Shown here piece by piece: positions 9,815 to 19,267 of a stretch of 64,000 nt of DNA. The stretch's first letter is position 1. The number at the start of each line of letters is the position of its first letter. A program made the translations under genes and the position numbers. Source of the stretch: an uncultured Spirochaetota bacterium (GTDB lineage: Bacteria; Spirochaetota; Brevinematia; Brevinematales; JAOACQ01); contig CAVYGN010000001.1 in NCBI GenBank assembly GCA_963768055.1, positions 64,001 to 128,000 on the forward strand, in the 5' to 3' direction. Under the pieces are notes generated by a model. That model did not search any database and was not told the origin of the DNA. It saw only the letters and a program-made list of their open reading frames with translations.

Positions 9815-10090
9815 ATGAACAAAGGTGAACTCGTTGAATTCCTGGTTGATAAGGCCAAATTGAGCAAGGCGGAAGCCGGAAGAATTTTTGACTATGTGAT
9901 CGAAGGAATTCAGCATGGTCTTAAGAAAACAAAAGAGGTCGCTTTAGTAGGTTTTGGGACTTTCAAAGTCGTTGACAAGCCGGCAAGGGAAGGAAGAAAC
10001 CCTAAAACAGGTGAGAAAATTAAGATCGCGGCAAAAAGAGCGGTTTCCTTCAAAGCAGGTAAGGGTTTAAAGGAATCCGTGGCAAAGTAA
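9815..10090 (+). CDS. hup: HU family DNA-binding protein
   Basis: MNKGELV, GFGTF and GRNPKTGEKIKI motifs. Confidence 0.95.
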   Translation: MNKGELVEFLVDKAKLSKAEAGRIFDYVIEGIQHGLKKTKEVALVGFGTFKVVDKPAREGRNPKTGEKIKIAAKRAVSFKAGKGLKESVAK

Positions 10091-10313
10091 GGGTCTGATC
10101 TGCCGGCTCGCTGCTCCCGGGCGTATAAAATAAAAAACTAGCTTGCAGCTATTTGTCAAGGTATCGATTTATTTCGGCATTGCCGATGAAAATTGTCCTT
10201 GGCCGGATTCGGCCTGGATTTTTTTATCGAAGCAATGCGAGATATCGGTGTGTGGTATATGATAATCCATATACGATGGCTATGGATAAATCGAAGGGAT
10301 AAACGGAGGATTT

Positions 10314-11195
10314 ATGAAAAATAATCTTATTATATTCTTCATTTCTGACGCTTTGATATTTTTGTTAGCAGCCTGTTCGGGTAATGGAAAGACGGCTTCA
10401 AGCAGTTCAAGCGCCAGCTCTGTTGCCAGCTCCAGTTCAATTTTATCGTCCTCTTCAAGCTCCGTATCTTCAAGCCTAGCTACTTCCTATTCCCATTCCA
10501 GTTCAACTATTCCTACTTATACCGTTACCTACAATCCTAACAAAGCAAAGGGGGGAAAAGTTCCAACCGACCCGAATAATTATACGAATGGGGAAGCTGC
10601 TACAGTATTAAGTAATTCCGGCAGTCTGGTTAATACCGGATCGATCTTTGCAGGATGGAACACAAAGGCTGACGGAACAGGAACCAGTTATGCCGCAGGA
10701 ACCACTTTCATTGTCAATGCTGCAAACATAACGTTTTATTCTATATGGCTTCCCCACAACCTTTCTTTTTCCAGTTCAGGGAAGAGCATCGTTATAGAAG
10801 GCCATTCTTCAGCTCCAATCGGAGATCTTGTTATTCCCGACGGCGTCACAATCGTAGGGTGGAATGCCTTTATTAACTGTTCAAGCCTGACAGGAGTAAC
10901 AATCCCCTCCACCCTGGCCGGCATCGGCGACAGCGCTTTTGACGGCTGTACAAACCTTGTAAGCGTAATCATTCCTTCAAACGTAACCAGTATCGGCAAT
11001 TATGCATTTTATAGCTGCACCGGCCTTACAAATGTTACCGTTAAGGGAAGAACCCCTCCAGGCCTTGAACCTGGATCTAAGGCATTTAATTTATGCCATG
11101 CAGGTCTGCAGATACATGTCCCGGCCGGTACCCTGATTTCTTATCAATCGGCAACCGGCTGGAGTGATTATGCATCTATAATTGTTTCTCCTTAA
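10314..11195 (+). CDS. surface lipoprotein with Ser-rich linker, InlB B-repeat-like domain and BspA-type LRRs
   Basis: LLAAC lipobox; poly-Ser; FAGWNTKADGTGTSY; IG..AF..C..L repeats. Confidence 0.85.
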   Translation: MKNNLIIFFISDALIFLLAACSGNGKTASSSSSASSVASSSSILSSSSSSVSSSLATSYSHSSSTIPTYTVTYNPNKAKGGKVPTDPNNYTNGEAATVLSNSGSLVNTGSIFAGWNTKADGTGTSYAAGTTFIVNAANITFYSIWLPHNLSFSSSGKSIVIEGHSSAPIGDLVIPDGVTIVGWNAFINCSSLTGVTIPSTLAGIGDSAFDGCTNLVSVIIPSNVTSIGNYAFYSCTGLTNVTVKGRTPPGLEPGSKAFNLCHAGLQIHVPAGTLISYQSATGWSDYASIIVSP

Positions 11196-11306
11196 TTATT
11201 TGCCGGCAGGTATTTTTAATAAAATTGATTTGACCAATTTCTTTAAAAACATTAAATTAAAATAAAAATATATTAATTATTAGAAGCGTTATAAGGAAAG
11301 GAGCTT

Positions 11307-12854
11307 ATGGGAGCAATAGAAACCAGGACTGCAAAAATTTATCTTGATGAAAATGGGGTTCTCAGAATTGTATTTACGGCCGCACTCGACTCCGGGGAAG
11401 ACGAGAGGGAAAATATCGAGGCTATTGACAAAATCACGGAAAAACAAAAATACCCTCTTCTAATAGATTTTTCGGGAGTAACTGAAATCCCCCCCCTGTC
11501 CAGAAAGTTTTTTGAATCTAAAGATGCTTTCAATCCCATTTCAGCTATGGCGGTGCTTTTGGGGCCGGCTGTAAGCAAAATGACGGAGGACTTTTTCACC
11601 GGTTTAATGAATCAGCCCGGCCTGGCTATGAAACTTTTTAATGATGAAGACAAAGCGCTTTTGTGGCTGAATAGCTTTATATCGGCCAGGTTTGAAGCCG
11701 AGCAGTATGCCGTAGACCGAAAAATATCAATATTAGAATTTAAGGATACGAAAACTTCCTTTATTATCTCCTGCGATGACGGGATAATCCGGATTTCATC
11801 TTTTTGGGACACTCATACGCTGGAAGACGCTAAAGAGGTGATTTCCGCTTTCAAGCTGATAGCGAAGGATAAAAAGCACCCGGTACTGGTAGATTCTTCA
11901 AGAGCAAAGGATATGTCGCCTGAAAGCATGAAATTTTACGGTTCTGACGAGGCTATGATATCCGTATCAGCCATTGCAATCATCATAAAATCCGGAATTT
12001 CAAGAGTGATGGCGAATTTTTTTATGGATATCAGCAAAAGAAAATTCCCTCCCAGAAGGCTGTTTAACGATGAAAATAAGGCCGTTGAATGGCTGAAAAC
12101 CTTCATGGTTTCGAATTCGGCAGGGGAAACCGAACAGATTAATGTACTGGTTTATGAGCCCGTCAGCCAGATGCAGAAGCCAATCATATACACGCTGATA
12201 AAGAACGGCATCAAATGCCTGTGCCTGCAGGACAAAAAATTTATTATTAATAAATTAAACTCAAAAAAATTTAATGCTTTTATCTGCAACTGTCCCCCCG
12301 GGGCGACGGAAATTATAGGAATTATTAAAGAAATAAGGCAGGACTCCGGTTTGAATTCCGTTAAAATCGTCCTCTGGACCGATGCTTCCTACAAAAGTTT
12401 TTTTGAGGAAATGATCAGGATCGGCATCAACGGGATCATTTTAAAGCCGTTTGTCGAGGAAGTATTTGAACAGAGCATTCTTAAAATATTGTACGGAAAG
12501 GGAGGAGTTCCCGATCGCAGGCGGATTATCCGGGTTGAACCGGATGCCGGAGACAGAACCATTGTCGCAATCCGGTCAACCACCACTCATAAGACAGTTG
12601 TCGGCAAAGTAAAATCCTTATCCATGGAGGGAATGGCGATCGAGCTGACCGGCGAACTTACAGATGAAGATCTTAGAGAAAAAGAAGTGATAACCAATAA
12701 TAACATCAAAATCACTCTAAATGAGAATGATATCAGCACGAACGGCGTCATATTCAAGAGAAAACAAAATATGGCGGTGATTAAATTCTATGAAATGCAG
12801 GATTATTACAAAAACATGCTCAGTTCTTATATTTACGGCAGGCTCGGACTTTAA
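11307..12854 (+). CDS. signalling protein: two SpoIIAA/STAS-like repeats, atypical receiver and PilZ-like domain
   Basis: duplicated domain ending LFNDE.KA..WL; receiver-like region with ILKPF; RRIIR and SLSMEG PilZ-like motifs. Confidence 0.65.
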   Translation: MGAIETRTAKIYLDENGVLRIVFTAALDSGEDERENIEAIDKITEKQKYPLLIDFSGVTEIPPLSRKFFESKDAFNPISAMAVLLGPAVSKMTEDFFTGLMNQPGLAMKLFNDEDKALLWLNSFISARFEAEQYAVDRKISILEFKDTKTSFIISCDDGIIRISSFWDTHTLEDAKEVISAFKLIAKDKKHPVLVDSSRAKDMSPESMKFYGSDEAMISVSAIAIIIKSGISRVMANFFMDISKRKFPPRRLFNDENKAVEWLKTFMVSNSAGETEQINVLVYEPVSQMQKPIIYTLIKNGIKCLCLQDKKFIINKLNSKKFNAFICNCPPGATEIIGIIKEIRQDSGLNSVKIVLWTDASYKSFFEEMIRIGINGIILKPFVEEVFEQSILKILYGKGGVPDRRRIIRVEPDAGDRTIVAIRSTTTHKTVVGKVKSLSMEGMAIELTGELTDEDLREKEVITNNNIKITLNENDISTNGVIFKRKQNMAVIKFYEMQDYYKNMLSSYIYGRLGL

Positions 12855-12891
12855 AACCGGCATCTATACCCGGTAAAAATACCTCTATTAT

Positions 12892-13644
12892 TCAATCGTT
12901 GGTCGGATTAAAAATATCCAGTTCGTTTTGCGCTTTTACCGCCTCGTGAACGTTTAGATTTAATTTTTTGTTCAGCGATACCGATTTGTCCCAATAATCG
13001 ACTGCCCCCGCGATATTTGTTTTTGATTTCTGCAGTTCTCCGAGAAAATAATAAGCGGCTATCATATATCCTTCCAGGCTGGAATTTTCAGAATATGCTT
13101 TTTGGACGAAATCGTAATCGGCTGCGGCAATATCCCGTTTTTTAAAAAAATCCGGCAGATTGATAAAAAGATTGGCCCTCTGGTATCTTACAAACCATTC
13201 TATAGGCTTGCCCCCGGCAATCCTGACCGCATTATCGAAAATGGAAATTGCATTGTTTACCTCGAAGAATTTTTCCAGCCCGTCTTTGGAATCCCGGCTT
13301 ACCAGAGAATGTCCCAGGCCAAGGTAAACCATTGCGAAAGGATTTTCCTTTTCTTTATTTAAGAATTTTTCCACATGCGATACAATATTCCTTGAATTGG
13401 TAATGTCCGGGTTTTCCCCTGAAGACGATAAGGCCGTGTATAAAATTCCAATGGCCAGGTCCGCATAATAATCCTTGGGATCGCCGATCAGTCTTTGTTC
13501 GTATTCGGTAATTTTTGCCCGGATCTTTTCCCGGGAATAATTAAAATAATTGTTTAAACCGAAGCATTCGTCAAAATCCGTTGAAAACATGGATGATGCG
13601 GCTATAAAAGCTAAAATCCCCGATACTGCTATTCTCTTAATCAT
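12892..13644 (-). CDS. secreted TPR-like protein
   Basis: signal peptide; helical repeats such as AYYFLGEL...AVDYWDKSV. Confidence 0.6.
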   Translation of the reverse strand: MIKRIAVSGILAFIAASSMFSTDFDECFGLNNYFNYSREKIRAKITEYEQRLIGDPKDYYADLAIGILYTALSSSGENPDITNSRNIVSHVEKFLNKEKENPFAMVYLGLGHSLVSRDSKDGLEKFFEVNNAISIFDNAVRIAGGKPIEWFVRYQRANLFINLPDFFKKRDIAAADYDFVQKAYSENSSLEGYMIAAYYFLGELQKSKTNIAGAVDYWDKSVSLNKKLNLNVHEAVKAQNELDIFNPTND

Positions 13645-13802
13645 AATATTGCTCCTGCCTGTAACATCATGACGCGCCGGCTATTTGAAGCGCCTTTAAT
13701 GCAGACAATTATAGCATGAATATCAGCCGGTTAAAAGTGATTTTTGACAAGATGGTCAAAAGGCATTATGAAGTGATTTATTCTTTGCATGACAGGATGA
13801 AT

Positions 13803-14120
13803 TCAGCAGCATCCGCCGGATTCCGGCTCTTTACAGGACTGCGGCCCCCCGCACCCGCATTCGGGAGATTTATTCCCGAAAATGCCGCTGATTACCGCGG
13901 CGGCACATCCGACACCGGAATTGACTTCGATTGCACCGGCCGGGCAATTTATCCGGCAGGCCCCGCATTCCATGCATGCGTCTCTTATAACTATCAATGC
14001 TTTTTTATCAAGCAGCTTGAAAACATTATGCGGGCAAACTTCTATACAATTGCCGCATCCGGTGCATTTATCGATGTCCAATGCCAGGCTCCCGCCGTTT
14101 TTAATATATTTCCAGATCAC
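13803..14120 (-). CDS. hgcB: mercury methylation ferredoxin HgcB
   Basis: two CxxCxxCxxxC motifs (CTGCGNCIEVCP, CMECGACRINCP), GVGCA, C-terminal CC; directly after hgcA. Confidence 0.95.
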   Translation of the reverse strand: MIWKYIKNGGSLALDIDKCTGCGNCIEVCPHNVFKLLDKKALIVIRDACMECGACRINCPAGAIEVNSGVGCAAAVISGIFGNKSPECGCGGPQSCKEPESGGCC

Positions 14121-14122
14121 TG

Positions 14123-15151
14123 TTACCCTCCGATATTCAGAATTTTTAAAATATTTAATACGATCCCTCCCGCAAAGGCCGCGGCCATAACGGGCAGCGA
14201 TCTTTTAACCTCGAGAGTCGCGCCGGTTTGATTTGTAAATGTCGTCGATCCCGTAAAATTCATGGCTATAAACGATATTACGGGAATCGTTATAAGGGCC
14301 AGTAATAGCGACCCGTAAATTGAAAGCCTGCATATCCATGCCGCCGGTAAGCAATATATAATACCGAGAACGCCGCCCTTTAAAGAAAAGGCCCTGAAAG
14401 GCAGGTATGGGAGCAGCAGGGGAAATACAAAAACTCCTGAAAGAACGGAAAAAATGTAAGCGGTAAGAAGCGGCGTAAGTCTTTGTATATAAGTTTTGTC
14501 TAAAGGCAGGCTGAAAACAGAGCCGAGAATAATGAGAACAGAAACAAGCCACATGCTTTGAACCAGTTCCACCGGAGCCACTATAAGCCTGTCCTTCCAG
14601 TTGAAGCTTACCTCGCTCATGCGGGCGTCTTTTTTCATCCCTTTTGCCATGAATCGTTTTATATCGCCTGCACGGACAGGGCCGTATGTAATTTCAAATT
14701 TTGTCATCATGCGGGCCTTATAAGAAGACACTCCTACAGCGCCAAGCTGCGGCAGGATGATTTTCCTGTGCCTTACGATCCTTTCGAGCCCCGATTCTAA
14801 TATTCTTTTTACAAGCTCCATTGTTCCGAAAGTACCCTTTCCGGCTGCGCACCAGACGTTGATGCCCCTGGTATCGAGAACGATCAGCCAGGCGTCCAAG
14901 CCTTCAAGGTTTTTTCTAACAATGTCGAAAGAAAGTTTATAGTTGGCCGTGACAAATACAGGTGAGTCCTGATCCGGTTTCCCGATCCCGTAAAGCCCCG
15001 GAGAAACCCTGTAATTTCCTCTCCCGATATCGAGCCTGACCATAAGGCCGCCAATCCAGTCTGTAAAGGTGAGCTTAGTCGATATTAAAGGAATTTGCCG
15101 GTTGGAAATGCCGGCATAACCACTTATATAAGGTTCCCTTTTATCCATCAT
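14123..15151 (-). CDS. hgcA: mercury methylation corrinoid protein HgcA
   Basis: cap-helix motif GINVWCAAGKGTFG, TANYKLSFD, C-terminal TM helices with NFTGSTTFT. Confidence 0.97.
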   Translation of the reverse strand: MMDKREPYISGYAGISNRQIPLISTKLTFTDWIGGLMVRLDIGRGNYRVSPGLYGIGKPDQDSPVFVTANYKLSFDIVRKNLEGLDAWLIVLDTRGINVWCAAGKGTFGTMELVKRILESGLERIVRHRKIILPQLGAVGVSSYKARMMTKFEITYGPVRAGDIKRFMAKGMKKDARMSEVSFNWKDRLIVAPVELVQSMWLVSVLIILGSVFSLPLDKTYIQRLTPLLTAYIFSVLSGVFVFPLLLPYLPFRAFSLKGGVLGIIYCLPAAWICRLSIYGSLLLALITIPVISFIAMNFTGSTTFTNQTGATLEVKRSLPVMAAAFAGGIVLNILKILNIGG

Positions 15152-15596
15152 GGACCTCGCTTGTTGTTTTTTTTCTCAGGGCGTCGGCGAAAAGTTTGAA
15201 GGATTCAACCACGCCGGCATGTTTATAATCGGGTATGTATTTAAAAATATCCAGGTATATTTTGTTCCATAACGAATTTATCTCACAGGTAATTCTATAG
15301 CCGGTTTCCGTCAGTTTAAGGTTAGTATATCTCCTGTCTTTAGGATTTTCAGACCTTTCAATAAAACCCGATTTGAACAATTCGTCGGCTGTCCTGCTCA
15401 AAGTGCTTTTATCAAGGTCGAGGGCTAGGGAAAGCTGTTTTATTGTAAGTTCTCCCTGCGATTCTATCTCCATTAGCATGTGACATTGAGGCACGGTGAT
15501 CCCGCAGCAGCAATCGCCGTTTGCAAACTGCCTTTCTATCGCCCTTTCTATTACCCTGATCGATTTTCTGAAAATTCCTAACTTTAATTCGTCCAT
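15141..15596 (-). CDS. MarR family regulator with CCC motif
   Basis: DCCCGITVPQCH; wHTH LDKSTLSR...DRR; overlaps the hgcA start. Confidence 0.9.
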   Translation of the reverse strand: MDELKLGIFRKSIRVIERAIERQFANGDCCCGITVPQCHMLMEIESQGELTIKQLSLALDLDKSTLSRTADELFKSGFIERSENPKDRRYTNLKLTETGYRITCEINSLWNKIYLDIFKYIPDYKHAGVVESFKLFADALRKKTTSEVHDG

Positions 15597-15615
15597 ATTT
15601 TATCCGGTTTATTGA

Positions 15616-15659
15616 GTGTGTATAACAACTATTGTAACACACAACTACGATAATGTCAA
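15616..15659 (-). promoter_or_regulatory. sigma70 promoter of marR-hgcA-hgcB with overlapping tandem operator-like repeats
   Basis: minus strand TTGACA-17-TACAAT (15659-15631); two TAGTTGT...ACA units overlap the spacer and the -10. Confidence 0.7.
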
Positions 15660-16999
15660 TAGCCGTTGTTATCAATAACCGATTTAAGCCACAAGCCGCT
15701 TTTCTTGACTGTCCTCTTTTGCGTTTTAAAATCCACATGAACAAGCCCGAATCTCTGTGAATACCCGGCGTTCCATTCAAAGTTATCCATGAAGGACCAT
15801 ACAAAATAACCGGCCAGGTTTACTCCGGCTTGTATCGCCCGGTGGGCCTGGAATATATGTTCCCGGATATAATTAATCCTGTTATCGTCATTAACTTTCC
15901 CCTGCGGGTTTAAAACATCCTTAAAGGCCGCTCCGTTCTCGGTTATCATCATTTTTATGCCATTGTATTCCCTGTGAAGATAAAGCAATAGATCGTAAAG
16001 GCCTGCGGGATATATTTCCAATCCCGAGCCGGTCGTTTCCTTTCCTGTTTTTGTAAAGGAAGTTTGAAGATAGGGTTTACCGGGATCATGCCTTGCCGAA
16101 TTGCTTGTATAATAATTTACACCTAAAAAATCAATCGGGGTATTTATTATATCCATGTCGTCTTTTTTTATTTCAGGAAAATCTGCTGTCTCAGAAAACC
16201 AATTGACCAGCTCGGGCGGATATTGCCCTTTCATTACAGGGTCGAGGAACCAGCCGTTATAAAAATCGTTGTAACGCCTCGCTGCGGCAATGTCCCTCTC
16301 ATCCATTGACGCGGGGTAGACCGGATTCAGGTTAAGCTTTATCCCGATTTCGCCCTTCATTCCCATTTCACGGAAAGCGCGGACGGCCCTGCCATGCGAG
16401 AGCAGGATATTATGAGAAACGGATAGCGCTATTGAAAGATCCTTGATCCCAGGCGGATGCCCGCCGTACAAGTTGCCCGCAAAGGCGCTCACCCAGGGCT
16501 CGTTGAATGTCGCCCAGATTGGGACCATATCTCCAAGTTCCCTGAATACATAGCGGGAGTATTCTTCGAAATAATTAATAGTTTCCCCGGCGGCCCAGCC
16601 TCCGATATCCTGGAGTTTCTGGGGCAGGTCCCAGTGATACAGGGTAGCCGCAGGTTTAATTCCGTTTTCAAGAAGCAGACCGGCAAGTCTCCTGTAAAAA
16701 TCGATTCCCTTTTTATTAGGTTTTCCTTTGCCTTCCGGAAATATCCTCGGCCAGGAAACGGAAAAAAAGTAAGATTTGAATCCGAGGTCTTTAAGAAGTT
16801 TTACATCCTTCTCATAAAGATGATAATGGTCGCAGGCGACATCGCCGTTATCGTTGTTGAATATCTTTCCAGGCCGCAGGTGAGTGAAGCGGTCCCAGAT
16901 CGATTCCCCCTTCCCGTCTTCCAGGTAAGCGCCCTCGATCTGATATGAGGCGCTCGACGCGCCCCAGATGAAGCCATGCGGAAAAACTAACCCCGGCAT
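15656..16999 (-). CDS. GH1 beta-glucosidase
   Basis: FIWGASSASYQIEG, TFNEP, ITENG and WSFMDNFEW motifs. Confidence 0.95.
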   Translation of the reverse strand: MPGLVFPHGFIWGASSASYQIEGAYLEDGKGESIWDRFTHLRPGKIFNNDNGDVACDHYHLYEKDVKLLKDLGFKSYFFSVSWPRIFPEGKGKPNKKGIDFYRRLAGLLLENGIKPAATLYHWDLPQKLQDIGGWAAGETINYFEEYSRYVFRELGDMVPIWATFNEPWVSAFAGNLYGGHPPGIKDLSIALSVSHNILLSHGRAVRAFREMGMKGEIGIKLNLNPVYPASMDERDIAAARRYNDFYNGWFLDPVMKGQYPPELVNWFSETADFPEIKKDDMDIINTPIDFLGVNYYTSNSARHDPGKPYLQTSFTKTGKETTGSGLEIYPAGLYDLLLYLHREYNGIKMMITENGAAFKDVLNPQGKVNDDNRINYIREHIFQAHRAIQAGVNLAGYFVWSFMDNFEWNAGYSQRFGLVHVDFKTQKRTVKKSGLWLKSVIDNNGY

Positions 17000-17121
17000 T
17001 TTTCACCCGGGCAGCCGCACGGTGCGGGCGGCCTGCAATCCGTGTTTTCCGGGCCGCAGCATTCGCAATCGATGCCTTTTTGCTTTGAAACGCCTTCCAT
17101 TTCCTTTTTGAACTCAAACAT
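16987..17121 (-). CDS. small cysteine-rich peptide (44 aa, 7 Cys), not in the ORF track
   Basis: AGGAGG RBS; MFEFKKEMEGVSKQKGIDCECCGPENTDCRPPAPCGCPGEKCRG*; overlaps the GH1 start. Confidence 0.7.
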   Translation of the reverse strand: MFEFKKEMEGVSKQKGIDCECCGPENTDCRPPAPCGCPGEKCRG

Positions 17122-17151
17122 AATTGAGCCTCCTGAATTATTTTTCATAAT

Positions 17152-17183
17152 ATATGACGTAAGTTTCCCTGAAAGGACGCAAA
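17152..17183 (-). promoter_or_regulatory. ECF (SigZ-like) promoter, copy 3
   Basis: TTTGCGTCCTTTCAGGGAAACTTACGTCATAT; near-identical to the other two copies; CGTC -10 is typical of ECF promoters. Confidence 0.7.
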
Positions 17184-17226
17184 ATCCATGATAATTTGCA
17201 GTGCCATTGTAAAAAAACCTTGCATT

Positions 17227-18585
17227 TTATTCTCCTCTTACAATATTTAGCAAGCAGGACGGCCGGACAGTATAGGACCTGATAAGATCGGCGAGTTCCT
17301 CCCATCCGGTGCAGTTTTCCAGTAAAAAAGACCTTGGATAATCTTTGATCTCCTCCCAGGGAATAGACTGCAATACAGGTTTGAAAAACTGGCGGATTTG
17401 AAGCTCATCAAGAAAAGAAAAAATCCTGAATTTCAACTGTTCTTTTACTTTGTAATCAATTGCTGAAGAAAACCTGTCCTCCAGCATTTTGAATATTTCC
17501 ACTGCTATAGCGGAATTACCGAGGCCCCGTCTTTGATCCCTGATTTTATCGGCCATTGACGCCCATTTTGTGCCGTTCTTCGGATAAACCAATCCCATTG
17601 CCCCGATATCTTTATAAGCCCAATAAGTCCATGAAATGCGGTATTTTTCAAAAAGATCGAGACAGTCTTTTACTAATTTCAGACCTTCCATCAGCCTGCC
17701 TTTGGGAAAAAACCCTCCGGTCTCTCCAACCCACAGAGGCATGCCTGTTTTTTCTCTAAGGCCGATGAAATACGATAGTTTTTGTTCCAGTTCCGCTTTT
17801 CTTTTTTCAGGTTCTGCGGATAATAAAACATGCATACCGGGGTAAAAATGGAACGAAATAGCCTGCTGGCGCCCGCCTAAATTTTTAAATAAATTAAAGT
17901 CCTTGGCCCAGTCGTCTCCTTCAAGGAATATTATGTGATTATTATCGATTTCTCGTATCTTACGGATCACCCTGTCATAAAAGACGTTGAAGGTATCGAT
18001 ATCAGGAACGAATGCGGGTTCATTGAGTATATCGAAACCGGCAATGATCGGATCATCCTTATACCTCTCCGCTATATATCCCCAGAGGTTGACGATTCTC
18101 TCTCTCGATGAGGCGTCTTCCCAGAACGTGCTGACCCCTGTATCACCCCCGCCATGCGAATCGGGGTTTTGGCCGCCGGGTGAAGAATGCATATCAAGGA
18201 TAGCGAAAATATCATATTTACGGCAAAGCTCAAGCACCCGGTCTATATGTTTAAATCCTTCAGGTTTATACTCCCCCGGCGCCTGATCATCTTCAAAACG
18301 CCTGTAATCGAGAGCCAGCCTTAAGGCGTTTATGCCCAGACTTTTTAATAATATAAAATCTTCTTCGGTAATGAAGAATCGCAGGTAATCATCAAAAAAT
18401 TGGGCGGAATTTTCGCTGCCGTAAACCCCGGCAAAAGTCTGTCGGATTCTCTTATTGGAGCCCGGTATTCCGATCATGAAATTTTCGATATTCATCCATG
18501 ATCCTAACACAAACCCCCTTAAAATTATAGATGTGTTATGAAGGGTAAATTCCCCGTTTTTAGCTTGGATAAAACTTGTGTCCAT
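17227..18585 (-). CDS. GH5 family glycoside hydrolase
   Basis: ILDMH, DILNEP and WVGETG catalytic motifs; start reassigned to MDTSF, downstream of the promoter repeat. Confidence 0.9.
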   Translation of the reverse strand: MDTSFIQAKNGEFTLHNTSIILRGFVLGSWMNIENFMIGIPGSNKRIRQTFAGVYGSENSAQFFDDYLRFFITEEDFILLKSLGINALRLALDYRRFEDDQAPGEYKPEGFKHIDRVLELCRKYDIFAILDMHSSPGGQNPDSHGGGDTGVSTFWEDASSRERIVNLWGYIAERYKDDPIIAGFDILNEPAFVPDIDTFNVFYDRVIRKIREIDNNHIIFLEGDDWAKDFNLFKNLGGRQQAISFHFYPGMHVLLSAEPEKRKAELEQKLSYFIGLREKTGMPLWVGETGGFFPKGRLMEGLKLVKDCLDLFEKYRISWTYWAYKDIGAMGLVYPKNGTKWASMADKIRDQRRGLGNSAIAVEIFKMLEDRFSSAIDYKVKEQLKFRIFSFLDELQIRQFFKPVLQSIPWEEIKDYPRSFLLENCTGWEELADLIRSYTVRPSCLLNIVRGE

Positions 18586-18617
18586 GCTTTTTATTCCGTT
18601 AAAATATTTTCCACAAG

Positions 18618-18649
18618 ATATGACGTAAGTTTCCCTGAAAGGATGTAAA
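18618..18649 (-). promoter_or_regulatory. ECF (SigZ-like) promoter, copy 2
   Basis: TTTACATCCTTTCAGGGAAACTTACGTCATAT. Confidence 0.7.
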
Positions 18650-18664
18650 ATCCGGGATGTGTTT

Positions 18665-19219
18665 TTAAGAAATGTTACAGCAGCAGCATGTGACGGGCCG
18701 GATGTCGATGATTGTACCAAAGCGGTCGAATTCGAAATGGCAGCAATTCATGAGGCTGTCCCTGACTAATTTGCGGCCCCTCTGGACGCGCGACTTGGCA
18801 CATGATGATGAAATACCAAGTTTTTCCGCTACTTCAACGATTGATAAACCCTGAAATTCGAATAAGAGAAGAGCCTGCGCGTACTTTTCCGGCAGGGTTT
18901 CGATCATATTTCTCAGGCCCGAAGCGATTTCATCCTCCGGGCTTTCCTCTTCTCTTTCATAGCCGATTTCGATATCATCTATATCCTTGATCCCTGTCCT
19001 GCGTTTCCTGTAATAGTCTATTATCGTATTCCGCGCTATCCGGTAGATCCATCCTACCAGCTTCGACTGTTCCTCGAGTTTATCGATATTAAGGTGGATC
19101 TTTAAAAAAACATCCTGAAGGATATCGTCGATATCGGAGCGGTTGGATATCCTATGGTATATAAAAGCCCTTATCCTTTCTCCGAAATCTTCCCAGATTT
19201 GATTGAAATCATGCGGCAT
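18665..19219 (-). CDS. sigZ: ECF RNA polymerase sigma factor, SigZ-like
   Basis: DDILQDVFLKI, WIYRIARNTIIDYYRK, KSRVQRGR and the CCHFEFDRFG...CCCC tail typical of SigZ. Confidence 0.85.
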   Translation of the reverse strand: MPHDFNQIWEDFGERIRAFIYHRISNRSDIDDILQDVFLKIHLNIDKLEEQSKLVGWIYRIARNTIIDYYRKRRTGIKDIDDIEIGYEREEESPEDEIASGLRNMIETLPEKYAQALLLFEFQGLSIVEVAEKLGISSSCAKSRVQRGRKLVRDSLMNCCHFEFDRFGTIIDIRPVTCCCCNIS

Positions 19220-19267
19220 AATTACCCAAAACCTCCGTCATCTTCAAAAAAAATATTTTTTTACAAG

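Noticed and set aside
13730..13805. TGA after the terminal CC of hgcB read as selenocysteine
   Set aside because: The CC end is already canonical and I see no convincing SECIS-like hairpin downstream.
13716..14231. Long plus-strand ORFs opposite hgcB, and similar antisense ORFs such as 49760-50461 and 62071-62898
   Set aside because: Shadow frames of well-supported genes on the other strand.
14123..15151. CO dehydrogenase/acetyl-CoA synthase corrinoid subunit
   Set aside because: The cap-helix Cys motif, TM region and adjacent hgcB identify it as HgcA.
16987..17121. Cys-rich peptide as substrate of the radical SAM/SPASM genes at 55959-58185
   Set aside because: About 39 kb apart with no shared regulatory motif, so the link is unsupported.
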